Shown: in pieces, positions 27,573 to 42,408 of the stretch
Layout: each line of letters begins with the position of its first letter
Numbering within the stretch: position 1 is the stretch's first letter
Source: Eledone cirrhosa
Lineage: Eukaryota
Direction of reading: 5' to 3'
DNA length: 64,000 bases
Assembly: GCA_964016885.1 (NCBI GenBank)
Contig: OZ024745.1
Coordinates: 42,780,001 to 42,844,000 of the forward strand
Translations under genes and position numbers: made by a program
Notes under the pieces: generated by a model
The model's database searches: none
The model's input: the letters and a program-made list of their open reading frames with translations, nothing else
Told to the model about the DNA's origin: nothing

Positions 27573-27955
27573 ATATATATATATATATATATATATAATC
27601 ACTGTGTTAGTCAGAGGTTAGTGTGTATATATATATATATATATATATGTCTTTGCACACGGCACCAGACAGAATTATTTCTTTCATCATCCGCTCTCAT
27701 TTGGGAATGGTTTTGTATGGCGTCAGTTTGTGATTTGAACTCGGGAATTTTATATTCTCCGGGGGAGAAGAGCCTTCTGAAGATTGCTCCCTTCTCAATG
27801 AAAATCCGCTTGGATTTTCCGTTTATTCTGGAGCATGAAACCGCGGTAAAGGCACATATAGTAAGTACAGCGAATTTTTTTTTATTTATTTTAAAACTTT
27901 TTCTCTATTTGCTAGACCTCGATTTTATATATATATATATATATTAGTTTGTTTG

Positions 27956-28059
<104 letters not shown>

Positions 28060-28895
28060 GCTTGTGTGTAGTTCGTCAAGTAACAGGAGAAGTCATGACA
28101 TCATAACCGATGAGAATTAAGTGAATTCAAAAATTCGATCCTCCAGTTGCTTTATCTTTGACTCTAGAATTTATCACCAAAGTTATTTTACTGCGAACCT
28201 ATGCATATATATATGTGTATGTATGGACCAACGATGAGCTATTGAAGTGGTGGATCAACCAGCTAGAAATAGCAACCAAATCTCTCTAAAATCCCATCCA
28301 ACAATCTTTGAGGACACAGGATAAATACACCATACATGAAAGAAAAGCAAGATGCTCACAACTGAAACACCTTTGATCATAGATTTGCTTGATATGGACG
28401 ACATCTATAAATTCCTCCACAACCACCAACAAAGAAGCGTTTCTCACCAGAACCATCATCGCCACATTTGCAATATAATCATAAGAAAAGAAAAGCATTG
28501 CCTCCAAAATTTCCGGGATTTCTGATTTTTTTCAACGTGCTAAGATAGTTTTGTAAAATAAAACCACAAAACCTTTCCTGAAATCCCCATCTCTACGCTA
28601 CCTACGCATATTAGTCGCATGTGAAAACTTCTCCGATCAATCAACGCAACAAAGTGATTGGTTTTTACGCTGTACCATTCATAACTTTCCCGTTTACTTT
28701 CATTTTCTCCTTTCTTCCCTCATAAATAAATATTTACTGATTCCTCAGTGTATTATAATGATGCGCTTTCCGTGAGTGAATTTAAAATTGTATATACTGA
28801 AAACAGCTTTAGATCCGTAACCCTAAGAAGTAGGAAAAGATAAACTACCTAGAATAATACTCCTTTATATTAGCCGTAACTACGTTAATGTAAAA

Positions 28896-29082
28896 TAATT
28901 GTTTCTACTTTTTGGCACAAGGCCAGCAATTACCCAGTGCATTACTGGTACTTTATTTTATCGACCCCGTAAGGATGAAAGGCAAAGTTAACCTCGGCGG
29001 GATTTGAACTCACAATGGCAAGGGCCGTAACTCTATGCGTCAAAGCATGGCGTTCGACCCTCTACCGATACTACCAATCCAC
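28896..29082 (-). mobile_element. SINE family 1
   Basis: Full-length match to 18877-19060. Confidence 0.85.
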
Positions 29083-29735
29083 GTTAATAGTAAAATAATG
29101 TTTTCATTTTACATAAGAAACGCCTCTCTTCACAGCATAGGTACTATGAAACATTTAATTAAAATATCATAAATATTTCTTACTCTATCATTTTTAAATT
29201 TGCTCATAACCTTACATCTTATAACCTGTAAATTAAAGCAACATATCAGTCACCAAGATATTAACATTTGCATGAACTCCAACAATTTCCCTTATAATCT
29301 AACTAACTACAGATACCGTATTCCAATATGCCGTACAAACTAATAACCAATCTAAGGCATACATTAACCTCACCTCTAATCCTTTCATACTCCATTTCAA
29401 CTAGCACACATGTTTCGAAATTAAAACAAACGTTTATTAACTATAAAAAAAAATAGTCTAAGTTGGGCATTTAAACCCCTAGTGACGGGAAAATTTGTCA
29501 AATCCCCTTTAGTGTACCTGGTACCGCGGGCCCCCAGCGCACGATATGTGTGAGTTCAAGTTTCTCAGGTAACTTTGTCCACTTTACTCTGTTTCGGAGA
29601 ACTTATATACTTGTACAACTTGATAGAATGTTTCTCATAGTCAATAACTCGTGTTGAAGGTGTTAACTTTAAAAACAGCAACGAACATTCAAATTTATAA
29701 TTCTCCCAATGAATCTAAAAGTGCATGCATGTGTG

Positions 29736-29799
<64 letters not shown>

Positions 29800-30054
29800 T
29801 ATGTGTGTGTGTATGCATGCGTTCGCGCACCTGTTTGTGCGCGCTCACGCGTGTGTGTGTGTTTGTGTGTGCTTTGTCTATTTTTCCGTAAAGTTTCCTC
29901 AACAATACAGCCTGTTCATTTGGCCTGTATCGTAAACTTGATATACAACAAAACCCCACTTATTCTCCTCCTCCTCCTCTTCAACATCATCATCATCATC
30001 ATCATCATCATCCTCTTCTTCGCCTTCCTTCTCATCCTATCCTCCTTTACATTG

Positions 30055-30085
<31 letters not shown>

Positions 30086-30804
30086 GCCATCCTTGTCATG
30101 ATGAGAATTATTATTACTATTATTATGTTGTTTCCTTTTGTTGCTGCTGTTAAACTCTCAAAACCGTTTTATCAACCATACCGTTGTGCCCCTCATTATT
30201 ATTAAGTCAGTTCACAGATACGCGTTTGTAGCCATTAACTATAAAGCTATTGTCCGGTTTTAAATTAAATTTGCCCAAAATAGGTTTTCCTTTAAATGAA
30301 CAGGTCGCCATATCAACTTTATTATCATTGATATAATTCTTCGCCTCTCCCTTCGCAATTTAATTATAAAGCTACATTACTTTAATAAAAATGAGCTGCT
30401 CGTTATATCTTCTCTTCGCTGCTTCTTTTCTGAATTGATCTCATTCTCAAGAGATAAACTTAGATACATAATTGCTCTCTGTTGATCAAGTTTTAAGGCT
30501 ACTATATTTTAAAAGAGGAGCAAATGTGAAGCTTTGACGTTTATTGATTTATTTATTAGAGTAGAAGATCCCTTTCGGACATGGCTGGTCAAGCGTTTGC
30601 TCCTAGAAAGTCACTATCTCCAAGATGCACAAGGTTCTGGTATGACGGAAGCCCTAGTAAGCCCTGGTATGAAGCAAGCCCTAGTATGACGCAAGCGCGG
30701 GTAAGACGCAATCCCGGGTATGTATGTAGCTAATAGTAACTACATGAATCAACCAATGAAATGTTGTCCCGTTTTTTCATCTGCTCAGATCGATGCTATC
30801 TCGT

Positions 30805-31200
30805 GGTTCTAGCGAAAAGAATTATAAGGCATTAGCACGGAGGTTAGCAAGGGGGATGCGCTATAAGAGCCAATCCCACTCGTGGACTGATTCTTGTGGG
30901 TGGCCAATTCCATCTCGATAGTAGTAAGCAGGGATGTGGTTCTGAGACCTAGGACACTTGAAGGTTTCACAGCCAAAGGCTTGATGATAAAACTATCGAA
31001 AAGCCGTTGGTATTTCAATATCTTGCAATCTTCAGCTTGTCAGACAACGATACTTGGATCAGTAGTTGAATTCCTTGGGTTGCTGCTGAAAAAAGTATCG
31101 CAACATAACACATCCCGAGATGAAGGGCTTATCATCTGACCTACTCTGTCTAATCGTACCAGTTCAACTATGATGGCAAGCCAGCAGCGTCCAAGCAACA
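30805..31200 (-). mobile_element. CRE-like non-LTR retrotransposon relic (RLE domain)
   Basis: LDAAGLPS.., AEDCKILKYQRL..FIIKPLAVK.., DWLL*RIPLANLRANA (cf. QRISLAIQRGNA). Confidence 0.65.
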
Positions 31201-31522
31201 CTTAACGATCTCGTTGAGAACGGCATATCGTGGGAGACGATATATAAGAATAGTCAATAAAGAATATGAACAGGAGAAAAATACAATACAATGATATATT
31301 ATATAGTATATTAGTTTAACGACATAATGAGGAAAAATTCTTAGCGTTTCGGACGCTAGTGCTTTATCGAAAGATAGAAAAAGAGAGAAGAAAGGGGGAG
31401 GGTTAGGAGAGAGCAGAAAAAAAGGAAAACAGAGGAGAGTAAAAACTGTAAACAGAGAAAAGGATAGATAGACGAAAAAGTTCCTCTTCTTGTTACTCAG
31501 AAAAGTGAAAAATCAATATACG

Positions 31523-31624
<102 letters not shown>

Positions 31625-31826
31625 AAAGCAACCGATAAAAAAAGAATGAAACAGTAGTGTGTCATGAAATGTATTCTGAAATGTTTAGATTTTCAGTTCA
31701 AATCACGGAGGTCGATTTTGCTTTTCACACGTCACAAGGACAATAAGCATAAGTGTTTTAGATACAAATCGTGTTTCGATGTGTTGAGTGTGTGTGTGTG
31801 TGTGTGTGTGCGTGTGTGTGTGCGTG

Positions 31827-31880
<54 letters not shown>

Positions 31881-32439
31881 CGTGGATGTGTTTGTGTGTA
31901 TATGTTTATGTGTGTATGTTTGTGTATGTGTGTGTGTGCATGTGTATGTTGTGTTCGTGCGCGGGTTTGTTTTTGTGTGTCTGTGTTTATGTGTGTGTGT
32001 GTATGTCTTTGGCTACGCTCTCTAACATTCTTGAGAAGAATGCTAGAGATGTGTAAACGCTACCGTCTCTGAGTCAAACAACATTTTCACCGGAAAGTTC
32101 CGCTTTGCAATTCCAAGACAATGTTGCTTGTGAATCGTTATGGAACGTGAATTCAATATGTCTCAGAACTTTTCCACCATGCATAAATTAGTTCTGCTGT
32201 AGAATATGAGAATTTATGTCTCTCTGTCTCTCTAAAGTTTATGGTATTGATTCTGTGTCTGCCTCACGTTCGGTATGAGTTGTGTGTCTGGGGTGAGATT
32301 GGGCATTTGATGCAGGTTTGTAGGGTATTCGTTGAAGTATTTCGTATATTTTTGCATTTATATGTGTATTCTTGTATATTTGCTACATTGGTTTCTTATA
32401 CGTGCAGTTATACCACGCATACATACACACATTATATAC

Positions 32440-32484
<45 letters not shown>

Positions 32485-32501
32485 TATGTATGTATTTATC
32501 T

Positions 32502-32534
<33 letters not shown>

Positions 32535-32544
32535 GTGTGTATAT

Positions 32545-32587
<43 letters not shown>

Positions 32588-32643
32588 TATATATATACAC
32601 ACATACACACTCATATATATATATATACATATATATATATATG

Positions 32644-32796
<153 letters not shown>

Positions 32797-32811
32797 TATA
32801 TATATATATAT

Positions 32812-33110
<299 letters not shown>

Positions 33111-33484
33111 TGAATAATTTTCACTTATATGTGCATATGCGAATAGATATATGTTTGTGTGCGTGTGTGCGCGCAAAAATTATTGTTAGATTGAACGCTG
33201 AATAAATGTTTATATTTTTAAGCAAAATTAAATATGTTAATACATTTGACAAAGAAGAGTATATGAATTCTGTAGATTCGAACCTACGTTTCTCCGTTGA
33301 TACCTAATATGTGTGTGTGTGTATGTGTGTATGTGTGTGTGGAGATATAGTATATATCCGTAATAATGTGTATAAACAGCCGATCTATGTTGAATGCATT
33401 CAATATACACTTTATTCCAGTATGTACGTATGAGCTCTATCTCACACTCACTCTATTCTCTCTCTCTCTCTATCTATCTATCTC

Positions 33485-33554
<70 letters not shown>

Positions 33555-33674
33555 TCTCTCTCTCGCTCTCTTGCTCTCTCTCTTTCTCTTTCTATCTATC
33601 TATCTATCTCTCTATCTATCTATCAATCAATCTATCTCCCTATCTTTCTCTTTTCTTTTTCACTCCAGTTCTTT

Positions 33675-33852
33675 TTGGCAGTATCGGTAGAGGGTTGGAC
33701 GCCATGCTTTGATGCATAGAGTTACAGCCCTTGCCATTCTGAGTTCAAATCCCGCCTAGGTTAACTTTGCCTTTCATCCTTACGGGGTCGATAAAATAAA
33801 GTACCAGTAATGCACTGGGATAATTGCTGGCCTTGTGCCAAAAGTAGAAACA
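33675..33852 (+). mobile_element. SINE family 1
   Basis: tggcagtatcggtagag (A-box), gagttcaaatccc (B-box), central domain. Confidence 0.85.
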
Positions 33853-34398
33853 GTTCTTTATTTTGTGTACGATTCTCTATCTACTATACATTCTCCGGGA
33901 AAAGAATCAATGTCACAACTTCAATGTCACAAAGTTTTCCAACAACCTCAAGCCACATGCCTATGAAACAAACGTCCTTGATCAAAGTTTGCACTTTTAT
34001 GAGTTTATGTGTTTGTGTTTGTATGTATTTGTATATGTGTGTGTGTGTGTGAGAGACTGCGTAAATTGTTTCTTTGTATATGTGTAGATATTTGAGCGAG
34101 TATGTAAATATGACAATATGTATGAGTGTTGTCTGCTGACCTAGACATTATTTGCACTTTGAGAAGCTATTCTATGCACAATTCCATCTCTCAAGACGTG
34201 CATTTAAGCGCGAAGGTATTGTGCCTATATATTCAGCATATATTTCAAATATATTAGATTCCTATATGCTTATACATATATATATATAATTTATACATAA
34301 GCATCTGCGTTGATGTGCACACACACTTACGTACACAGACCCACACCATCACCACCACCACCACCCCATACACACAGACACGCGCGCGCGCGCGCGCT

Positions 34399-34454
<56 letters not shown>

Positions 34455-34456
<2 letters not shown>

Positions 34457-35305
34457 CGATATTTGTCCCAAAAGTAAGAGTACAGAGTTTCCTATGTACG
34501 ACATGGTAGCGCAGCACCTCGTTGGTTTATCTAGGCGTCTTTGTTACGACCATGGCTATACGTACATAGTTGTTTCAACATGATTGATTGAGTCAGTTGT
34601 GAGTTATTAAAGGTTTATGTACAGACGTGTTATATAAACTCTGTAATGTTTGCGATGCAGTAAAAAATCAAACAACGGCACGCGATCAAATTGTGTGTTA
34701 AACTCAACAAATCTGCCACCAAAACATTTAATTCTTTAACAGAAGCTTATAAAGATGCCACTCTATCGAAAAGTAAGGTTTTTAAATGGCACATAGCTTT
34801 CAAAGAGGACCGAGAAAATGTTGAAAATGAACCTTGCTCTGGAAGGTCAATCTCGTCAACAAATGAACAAAATGTGGCATTGTTAAAAAAGAATGTTTAC
34901 CTCTTGGACAGACAGTTAATCGCACCTTCTACAAAGATGTCTTGGAACGACTTCGAAAATGAGTCCAACGAGTCCGAAAGGACATTCCAGGGAATTGGGT
35001 ATTGCACTACAATAACAGCAATTTCAATTAGAGATCTAGCAAAGAAAAATATTCCCACTCTTCCACATCCTCCCTACAGCACAGATGTAGCTCTGTGTGA
35101 TTTCTACCTCTTTCATGTTGTAATCGAAGTTGAAGGCGCTTCATTCTAGGATTTCAGTACTGTTATGATCAATTGAAAAAATGTTGGAACCCCACTGTGA
35201 CTTCCCAAGGATCGTGTCTTCAAGGAGATAACTTGTAATTTTATGTACGTTTAATATACATTTAAATCAAACATCAGTGCCCTTTCTTTTGGGACAAACC
35301 TCGTA
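34455..35305 (+). mobile_element. mariner transposon, internally deleted
   Basis: TIRs tacgatatttgtcccaaaag / cttttgggacaaacctcgta with TA ends; HTH CVKLNKSATKTF..VFKWH..EPCSGR and PHPPYSTDVALCDFYLF. Confidence 0.9.
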
Positions 35306-35313
35306 TATGTATA

Positions 35314-35352
<39 letters not shown>

Positions 35353-35459
35353 CATTTATGTTGTGTAGTTCACCAGTGGGTAGAACTGGTCAATCCGTTT
35401 AGTTAATCATGATGTTTTAGTAAGAAAAGCACTCTACGTTATGCAGGAAAACAGTTAAA

Positions 35460-36317
35460 TCTATATATTAATTTCAACAATGTCAGTATTCCGTGTGTCA
35501 TAATTCTCGATTATCATTGGTTCATAAGTTTCAAACGACTCCGCCCACCTCAACGACGCCAAACTTAAACTAATATGCATAATGCAAATGAGGGAGTGAG
35601 AGGGGAGAGTAAGAAATAGAGAGGCAAAGTGAACGCTGTAACTAATACCATGTGTGCGTGTGTATGTACGTGCGCGTATGTTTATGTGTGTGTGCGTGCG
35701 TGCAGCGTTCCACAGAAAGTAAAAGCAATTCGACTTTATCAAACAGTGAACTACAGCGGCGACGGCGTGCAGCCAGGAATGAAGAAAAAAGGGCCGAACA
35801 GCGCCATCGGAACGCCGAACTTCAGAGGCGAAGACGTGCCGCCGTGAATGAAGAGGAGCTGGCTGAACAACGCCAACGAAACACTGGAGCCAAGCAGCGA
35901 AGGCGTGCTGGGATGGATTGAAGACGAACTGGTCGAGCATCATCTTTTATATGAATTATCTATATCTATATTTACATATAATATAAAAGATTGGAATTTC
36001 CATCATCCTTTTGAGACACGTGGAACAACCACATCTATGCAATGATACAAGTTTTACAGTCAGGCAGAAGATGAACCATCTCCTAGAGATCACTATTCTA
36101 GAAGGGAACACCTAGAATTGTTCATATACTATGCACAAACGGTACAACGAAGAATCTGGTATATCTGGAAGATTTTTTTTACTGTTTTTTGTATCATACA
36201 GACCCCACGGCCTCGCCTCATACTGTAACCAGACAGACATCTAATACAGTCATTTTCTCTTTTACCTGTCTTCTCTTATCATCTGTTTACCCGGGCGAAG
36301 ATGGGTACGTCAGCTAG
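35460..36317 (+). mobile_element. non-autonomous composite Helitron
   Basis: 5' TCTATATATTAA at 35460, second 5'-like TCTATATCTATA..ATAAAA at 35959; 3' acccgggcgaagatgggt hairpin plus CTAG-T; internal R/E-rich repeat QRRRRAARNEEKRAEQR. Confidence 0.7.
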
Positions 36318-36892
36318 TATTTATTTAATTAAAACAACAGAAAGCCGGACTGGAAATATCCCTTTAGAGTCTTAATTTTGCAAAAACACTACATATATTT
36401 CAATAGCCTGGTTACGTATGACCGTGGGGACATCATCAGGTTCGGATTGCATAATTCGTTAATCAATAAAAGGAATTACGGCAAACACAAAAAGAGAATA
36501 GAGAATATATTTTATTCAGAGATGGCCCTTGAATTCGGTGTTATTTTTGCGGTAGACCATCTCCTATTGGTATCTACTTTATCGGCATTTGAACACAGAA
36601 TCTGAAGCAACATAATTAAAATAATATAGGTCGTTGGGTTCCGGCGCTATTTCGTTTTGTGTCAACCCATCGCCTTTATGAATCTCAGAGAATCGAATCA
36701 CTGTCCTAGTTGTGACTTCCAATTTTGGAACAATTTCACTTCTGTCACTAATTGCTTTGGTAATTACGACTTGAACGACGTCACCATGTTCTTATTTTCT
36801 AAACGTTTACATAATTCAAAGGTGTTATTCTAACATCTGTATACTTCAAAATACCCTCCAAATATAGATGTATTTAGTCGTATTTACGTCAC

Positions 36893-37057
36893 TGTAGGCA
36901 ACGAATTGACAAAGTCGTTAGAACGTCTAACGACTTTGTCATAGAATGATTTGCAGTGTTCTGGTTCTTTCTCGTCTCTACGCTCTCGGAGTTCAAATCC
37001 CGTCGGGTTATCTTTGCCTTTCCTCCTTCCGAAGTCGATAAAAAAAATAGCAATCCA

Positions 37058-37103
<46 letters not shown>

Positions 37104-37230
37104 CTTCTCTGGAATAAATTGGCTGTGTTCAGTCCTAGCGAAGCGATGGGTTTCATTAAATTTGAAATGCTCTATGGTGCGCCTACATCTCTATCAGGAA
37201 TCAAGGACCCTCACTTACATTCTTAAATCA
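36893..37230 (+). mobile_element. SINE family 1 variant with internal (CT)n and extra tail
   Basis: B-box at ~36990; tail ttggctgtgttcag..gatggg also follows a (CT)n tract at 60180. Confidence 0.6.
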
Positions 37231-37371
37231 CCAAACTTCCATTATAATATTGATTAATACTTATTATATTGACTGCGAGAGAATGAAAGACAAAGTAGAC
37301 CACAGCAATATTTGACATCAGAATGTAAAAGATTCAAACTAGTCCACTTCGATTTCTGACTTGGTAATATT

Positions 37372-37561
37372 GATTTCTAATTAAGGCACAATTTGTGAGG
37401 AAAGTTAATTACATCGACGCCAGTACGTGACTGGTACTTTATTTTATATTCGCCGGAAAGGTAAAAAGCAAAGTTGACCTCGGCGAAATTTGAACTCAGA
37501 ACGTAAAGAATCGAAACGACATTTCATCCGACGCTCTACCAATTCTCCCAATCCACCACCC
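37372..37561 (-). mobile_element. SINE family 1 (diverged)
   Basis: ctggtactttatttta..aaagttgacctcggcgaaatttgaactc. Confidence 0.8.
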
Positions 37562-38772
37562 TATGTTTGTAAATTGGCAATAATAATATTATTTGAAGAT
37601 AAACATATTTCAAAAATATTCTTCACACAAATATTATGCTTCAGACATACAATTCAAGCATAAATATTTTTCAAATTTCTTCCCTATTTTTTTAACAAAT
37701 ACAAACGTGTTTCAAACACACATATATTTCAATCATATATGATCGGTAAACACAAATATACATCAAATATGCTATTTATATTTCTCGTACGTTCTTTAAA
37801 CACAGTCAAATTTTACAAAGATTCTTTCGCAGAAAAGAAACAAACCTTCAAAAGATAACAAAACAATACTTTTTTCATATATAAAAGACACGAAAAGAAG
37901 AAGAAAAAAAACACCCGTGAGAAAATTGTTCGATTCAATGTATTTGGCGAATCATAAATTTTAAATAAAATAAAATTAAAAATAAAATAAAGTAAAGTAA
38001 AATAAAATAAAATAAAACAGAAATTTAATGAAATTTAACAGATACAAAACATTTAACGTGCGTATGTGCATTCAGAGTACCATGAATCACTGCATTGAAA
38101 GGCTAAGGTTTTGCACATTGCTTACCCATTGTACATCACCACAGTTGGTTTGGCAACGATTGCAGTGGTTGCAGTTCAAGTAATATATCGACACTACTGT
38201 TGACCTGGCTTGTCAATCATCGGATCAATAGATGAGAAAAGCAGAGAATAGCACAGTTTTTCCTGTAGCTATAGCGATTTCCTATCAGAAGCAAGCCGCC
38301 AGAACCGGATATAAACGATGGCCTTTTCAGAGACCTCCTATTGAAAATGGTCTACTAAATATTGTGTCCCGTTTTCTATGGAAGCAAAACCAAAGCAATA
38401 TCGAAGCGACTGCAATGTTCGCCGATCATTCTATACACATAGCAGCACTCGCATGAACAGACTAAATGAAAATAAAGCGAGCTACAAATAATACACACTA
38501 CAGATCTATATATCGTTGGAAAAGTTGAAGGGGGTGGGTATAAAAAAAAAGAAAATGTTTACCAATCGAAGAGAGGTGAAAGCGAGAGAAAGTGAAGGAG
38601 TGTGGTGACAGTGGAAACAAGAAAAGAAATAAGAGGATGAGGAGGGAGATGGAGGGTGAGGAGAAGAGCAGGGAGGAGACAAAAGAAAGCGAATGAAATA
38701 TTTTCATTCACACGTGAATAGCTTTTATTCAGAAATCTTTATTTCGCATATGTGAAATGATGATGGTGATGG

Positions 38773-38816
<44 letters not shown>

Positions 38817-39171
38817 GGGGAGATGACTATCATCATCATCATCACCATCATTATCATCAGTGTTATTATTATTACTTTGTTGTTGCTTTACAATAAGGAC
38901 TTGCGGTATTTCGTTACATCACTGTAAGTTATGAGTTCAAATCTTTACAGGGGCAGTAAAATCAAAGTACTGTGTAAAACAGACTACAATTCTCCTTCCA
39001 AAATATAGGGCCTATGCTAGAAATCAGTATTAAAAGAAAGTAAAAGACATCATCATCATCAATAAAAATAAGACTTGATACAAGCAGTAATTTGAAGGGA
39101 TGAGGAAAGTCGATTAAATCAACCCCAGTGCGTTACTGGTACTTTATTATATCGACCTCGTAAGGATAAAA

Positions 39172-39432
39172 GGTTGTCGTGGATAGATCTGTTCAAGAAG
39201 GCGCATGTCTGCGCCTCTCCAACCAGACCATCAACAGCAAGTGTCAACCACGCTACTAAAACCTTGGTCAAAATTTTGAACTCTGGGTTTAGCAGTTATA
39301 GGCCTAAACTTATCAATATGATCCCCCTTTCTCAGCAGCGCTACAGCTCCTCGGCTCACAAAACTGGGAATTCTCCCAGTTGCAGTAGACGTCTCTCAAT
39401 ATGTCACCGAACAAGTCTGGCATGTAACCGTA
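39172..39432 (-). mobile_element. Tx1/L1-like reverse transcriptase N-terminal fragment between SINE copies
   Basis: RGAVALLRKGD..KFRPIT/LNPEFKILTKVL..VGEAQTCAFLNRSIHDN. Confidence 0.75.
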
Positions 39433-39554
39433 ATGCTCGCAGTGGCAGACCATCCAAACCAAGTGAGTTCAAATCCTGCCGATGTCAAGTTTTCCTTTCA
39501 TCCGTCCGTGATTGATAAAATAAAGAACCACTCAAGCACTGAGGTCAACATACT

Positions 39555-39695
39555 TGACTGGTACTTTTTTTATCGATCACGAAAGGTTAAAAGGCAAAGT
39601 TGACCTCGGCGAAATTTGAACTCAGAGAACAGAGAGTCAAAACTAATATCACAAAGAATTCTATCCGATATTCTAACAACTCCGCCAAATCGCCG
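39555..39695 (-). mobile_element. SINE family 1 (diverged)
   Basis: Central domain and B-box; further partial copies at 39082-39172 and 39436-39550. Confidence 0.75.
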
Positions 39696-39768
39696 TTCAG
39701 CAATTATTTGTAAACAGTCAAACCATAATAATATACCATGAGTGTTTGTATATATGTGTGTATATATG

Positions 39769-39815
<47 letters not shown>

Positions 39816-40362
39816 GTGGGTGTATGAATATGTATGCATGTGTGTGTGCATGCGTGTGTGTGTGGGTTTTTTTAATTTACACACACAAACATTCAAGCGT
39901 TACACAAATACACATAATGCATTTCCTACCCAAGTTATATTGCTATATTAATAAGTTCATTTTCCAATCACAAGGACCCGAGTTCTAACCCTATATTTGT
40001 CCCTGTAAATAGTTATTTGTTCAGAGTTTATATTTAATGCTGTATGTTATTTGCACAGTTCATATATTCTGAATATTGATGTAATTATATCCTAGAAATA
40101 TATTATTAAAACATTCTATCTTTAATTATTTCCACGTGTTAGTAATCAACATAAACTATAGGTTTCCTCTTATGCAAACCATTAATTGATTAAAATGCAA
40201 AATTCCCAATTTTCATAATTGTTTATATATCGGGTTATCCTGGAATATATGGCATACTATTTCTGTACTCCAAAAATTAAATAAGTTTAACTCTATTACC
40301 GCCATTTTTGATGGCACCGGGTCCAGTATTATTCATAAAACCAGTAAACACACACACACACA

Positions 40363-40406
<44 letters not shown>

Positions 40407-40454
40407 TACACTTTGATTACTTTGCTGTTGAAGTATGTATACATTTTGGGGGAC

Positions 40455-40551
<97 letters not shown>

Positions 40552-40683
40552 AATGTAGAGGAGTGACACACGAGTTGATATATATAAAAAAAATAGTAAA
40601 AAGGAAAAACACAGAAAATACTAGAGGGATTTTTTCATTTTGTAAAAATCCCTCTAGCATTTTCTACTGTTTTTTTTCCTTTT

Positions 40684-40728
<45 letters not shown>

Positions 40729-41076
40729 GGACAAACAAATAAAATACAAAAGAAACAAAGCGATGCGAAATCACTTGGAATAAATCTGGTGAATTTGATA
40801 ATGTTTCATTTGAAGGAATGGAAAATGATTGGCTGTTGACCTTTGTCACTGTTGATAACATTTGCGGTGGCTGTGGACTGACGCTTGTCGCTAGTTAACA
40901 AGATTAATTCTAATCCTCCATTATATGCAAAAAGACGACCAGCGGTGAGCCATAGAACATCTCACTGATCTCTTTCTAATAATCTTCCAGCTTAACGCCT
41001 CTTCAACTATCACTTTCAATTACCACAGTCACAACCGCCGTCATTATCGTTGAGGCATTCATATTCTCACACCATA

Positions 41077-41140
<64 letters not shown>

Positions 41141-41454
41141 ATACGCGCACACATATATATATGTATGTGTGTGTCTATATGCATATGTGTGTGTGTGTGT
41201 ATATATATATACACACACATATGTATACATATGTGTGTGAGAGTGTCTGTGTATTGAAATATACATATGTGTGTGTGTGTGTCTAAGTACATACTCACAT
41301 GCTCTCATAGATGCATACGCAAACGCACATGCGCAGACTATGACTAACTCGGCCATTTTAACTTCCAAGAGGAAATCTTTCCTTTTTCCTCACCACTTAA
41401 ATTGCTTTGCTGTTCATTTCATATATTTTAATTTTCTCTTTGTTGGATCCCATC

Positions 41455-41720
41455 GGGGGGCATCTTAGGGAAGTGTCATTTACCCTAACCTTGAGTCGAC
41501 TCAAGCCTTGTGTGTGAAATTGAGTAGACGGAAATCGTTTGGAATCCCGTCAGATGGAACTGTACTTGTATTTCATATGGCCAACCAACCATGTCACACA
41601 ATGTCGCACAGAATCTGCCAGAGAATTACGTGTCTGTATAATGTTTAGCCACTGATATTTGAATTTCATGGACAGGTTGATCTTTAATCAAACAGCATGA
41701 GTACTCCTCGTCGGAATAGA
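41455..41720 (+). mobile_element. SINE family 2, diverged partial
   Basis: Similarity to 44870-45150. Confidence 0.55.
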
Positions 41721-41960
41721 TTGAGGTCCCTTCCATATAAAAACTATTTTCTTGTCGTTTCTTCTTCCATTCTGCATCATTTTTACCTCCTGGTCATGTT
41801 CATTTTATTCTTCTTCTGCTCCTCCTCGGCCATTTTTCCATCAATACCATCGTAATCATCATTATCGTCATACTCCTTTCTTTGTCGTCGCCATCGTCAT
41901 CATCGCCGCCATCATTTTCACCAGACCTCACATTCTTCTTCTTATTTCCCTTCACCTCTA

Positions 41961-41967
41961 CTGCTGC

Positions 41968-42040
<73 letters not shown>
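41961..42040. repeat. (CTG)n microsatellite
   Basis: Direct inspection. Confidence 0.95.
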
Positions 42041-42042
<2 letters not shown>

Positions 42043-42346
42043 CAATGATTCTTTTGCTTCTTTTTCATCGTAAAGCCCATCTTATTTTCTGATCACTTTC
42101 TTCAATTTCTCTCTCCCACCTCCTTCTCTCTCTCTCTCTTTCTCTCCCTCTCTCTCTCTCTCTCACTTACTCACTCTCTCTCCCTTTCTTTCTCACACTA
42201 ACTCACTCACATTCACTCATTCACTCACTCTCTCACTCACTCATGCACTCACTCTCTCACTCACTCACTCTCTCTCTCATACACACACACATTATATATA
42301 TATATGTATATATATATTCATACATATATATATATATATATATATA

Positions 42347-42408
<62 letters not shown>

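Noticed and set aside
31338-31375. Hammerhead-like motif on the minus strand (..gtccGAAAcgcTA)
   Set aside because: Core reads CGATAAA and stem II is mismatched; at best a decayed PLE terminus.
36390-36445. CTGATGA...GAAA on the minus strand
   Set aside because: No convincing stem I or UH site; counted only as a decayed relative of the 8919 family.
41752-42073. Poly-Ala or poly-Cys protein
   Set aside because: A (CTG)n tract in low-complexity context.
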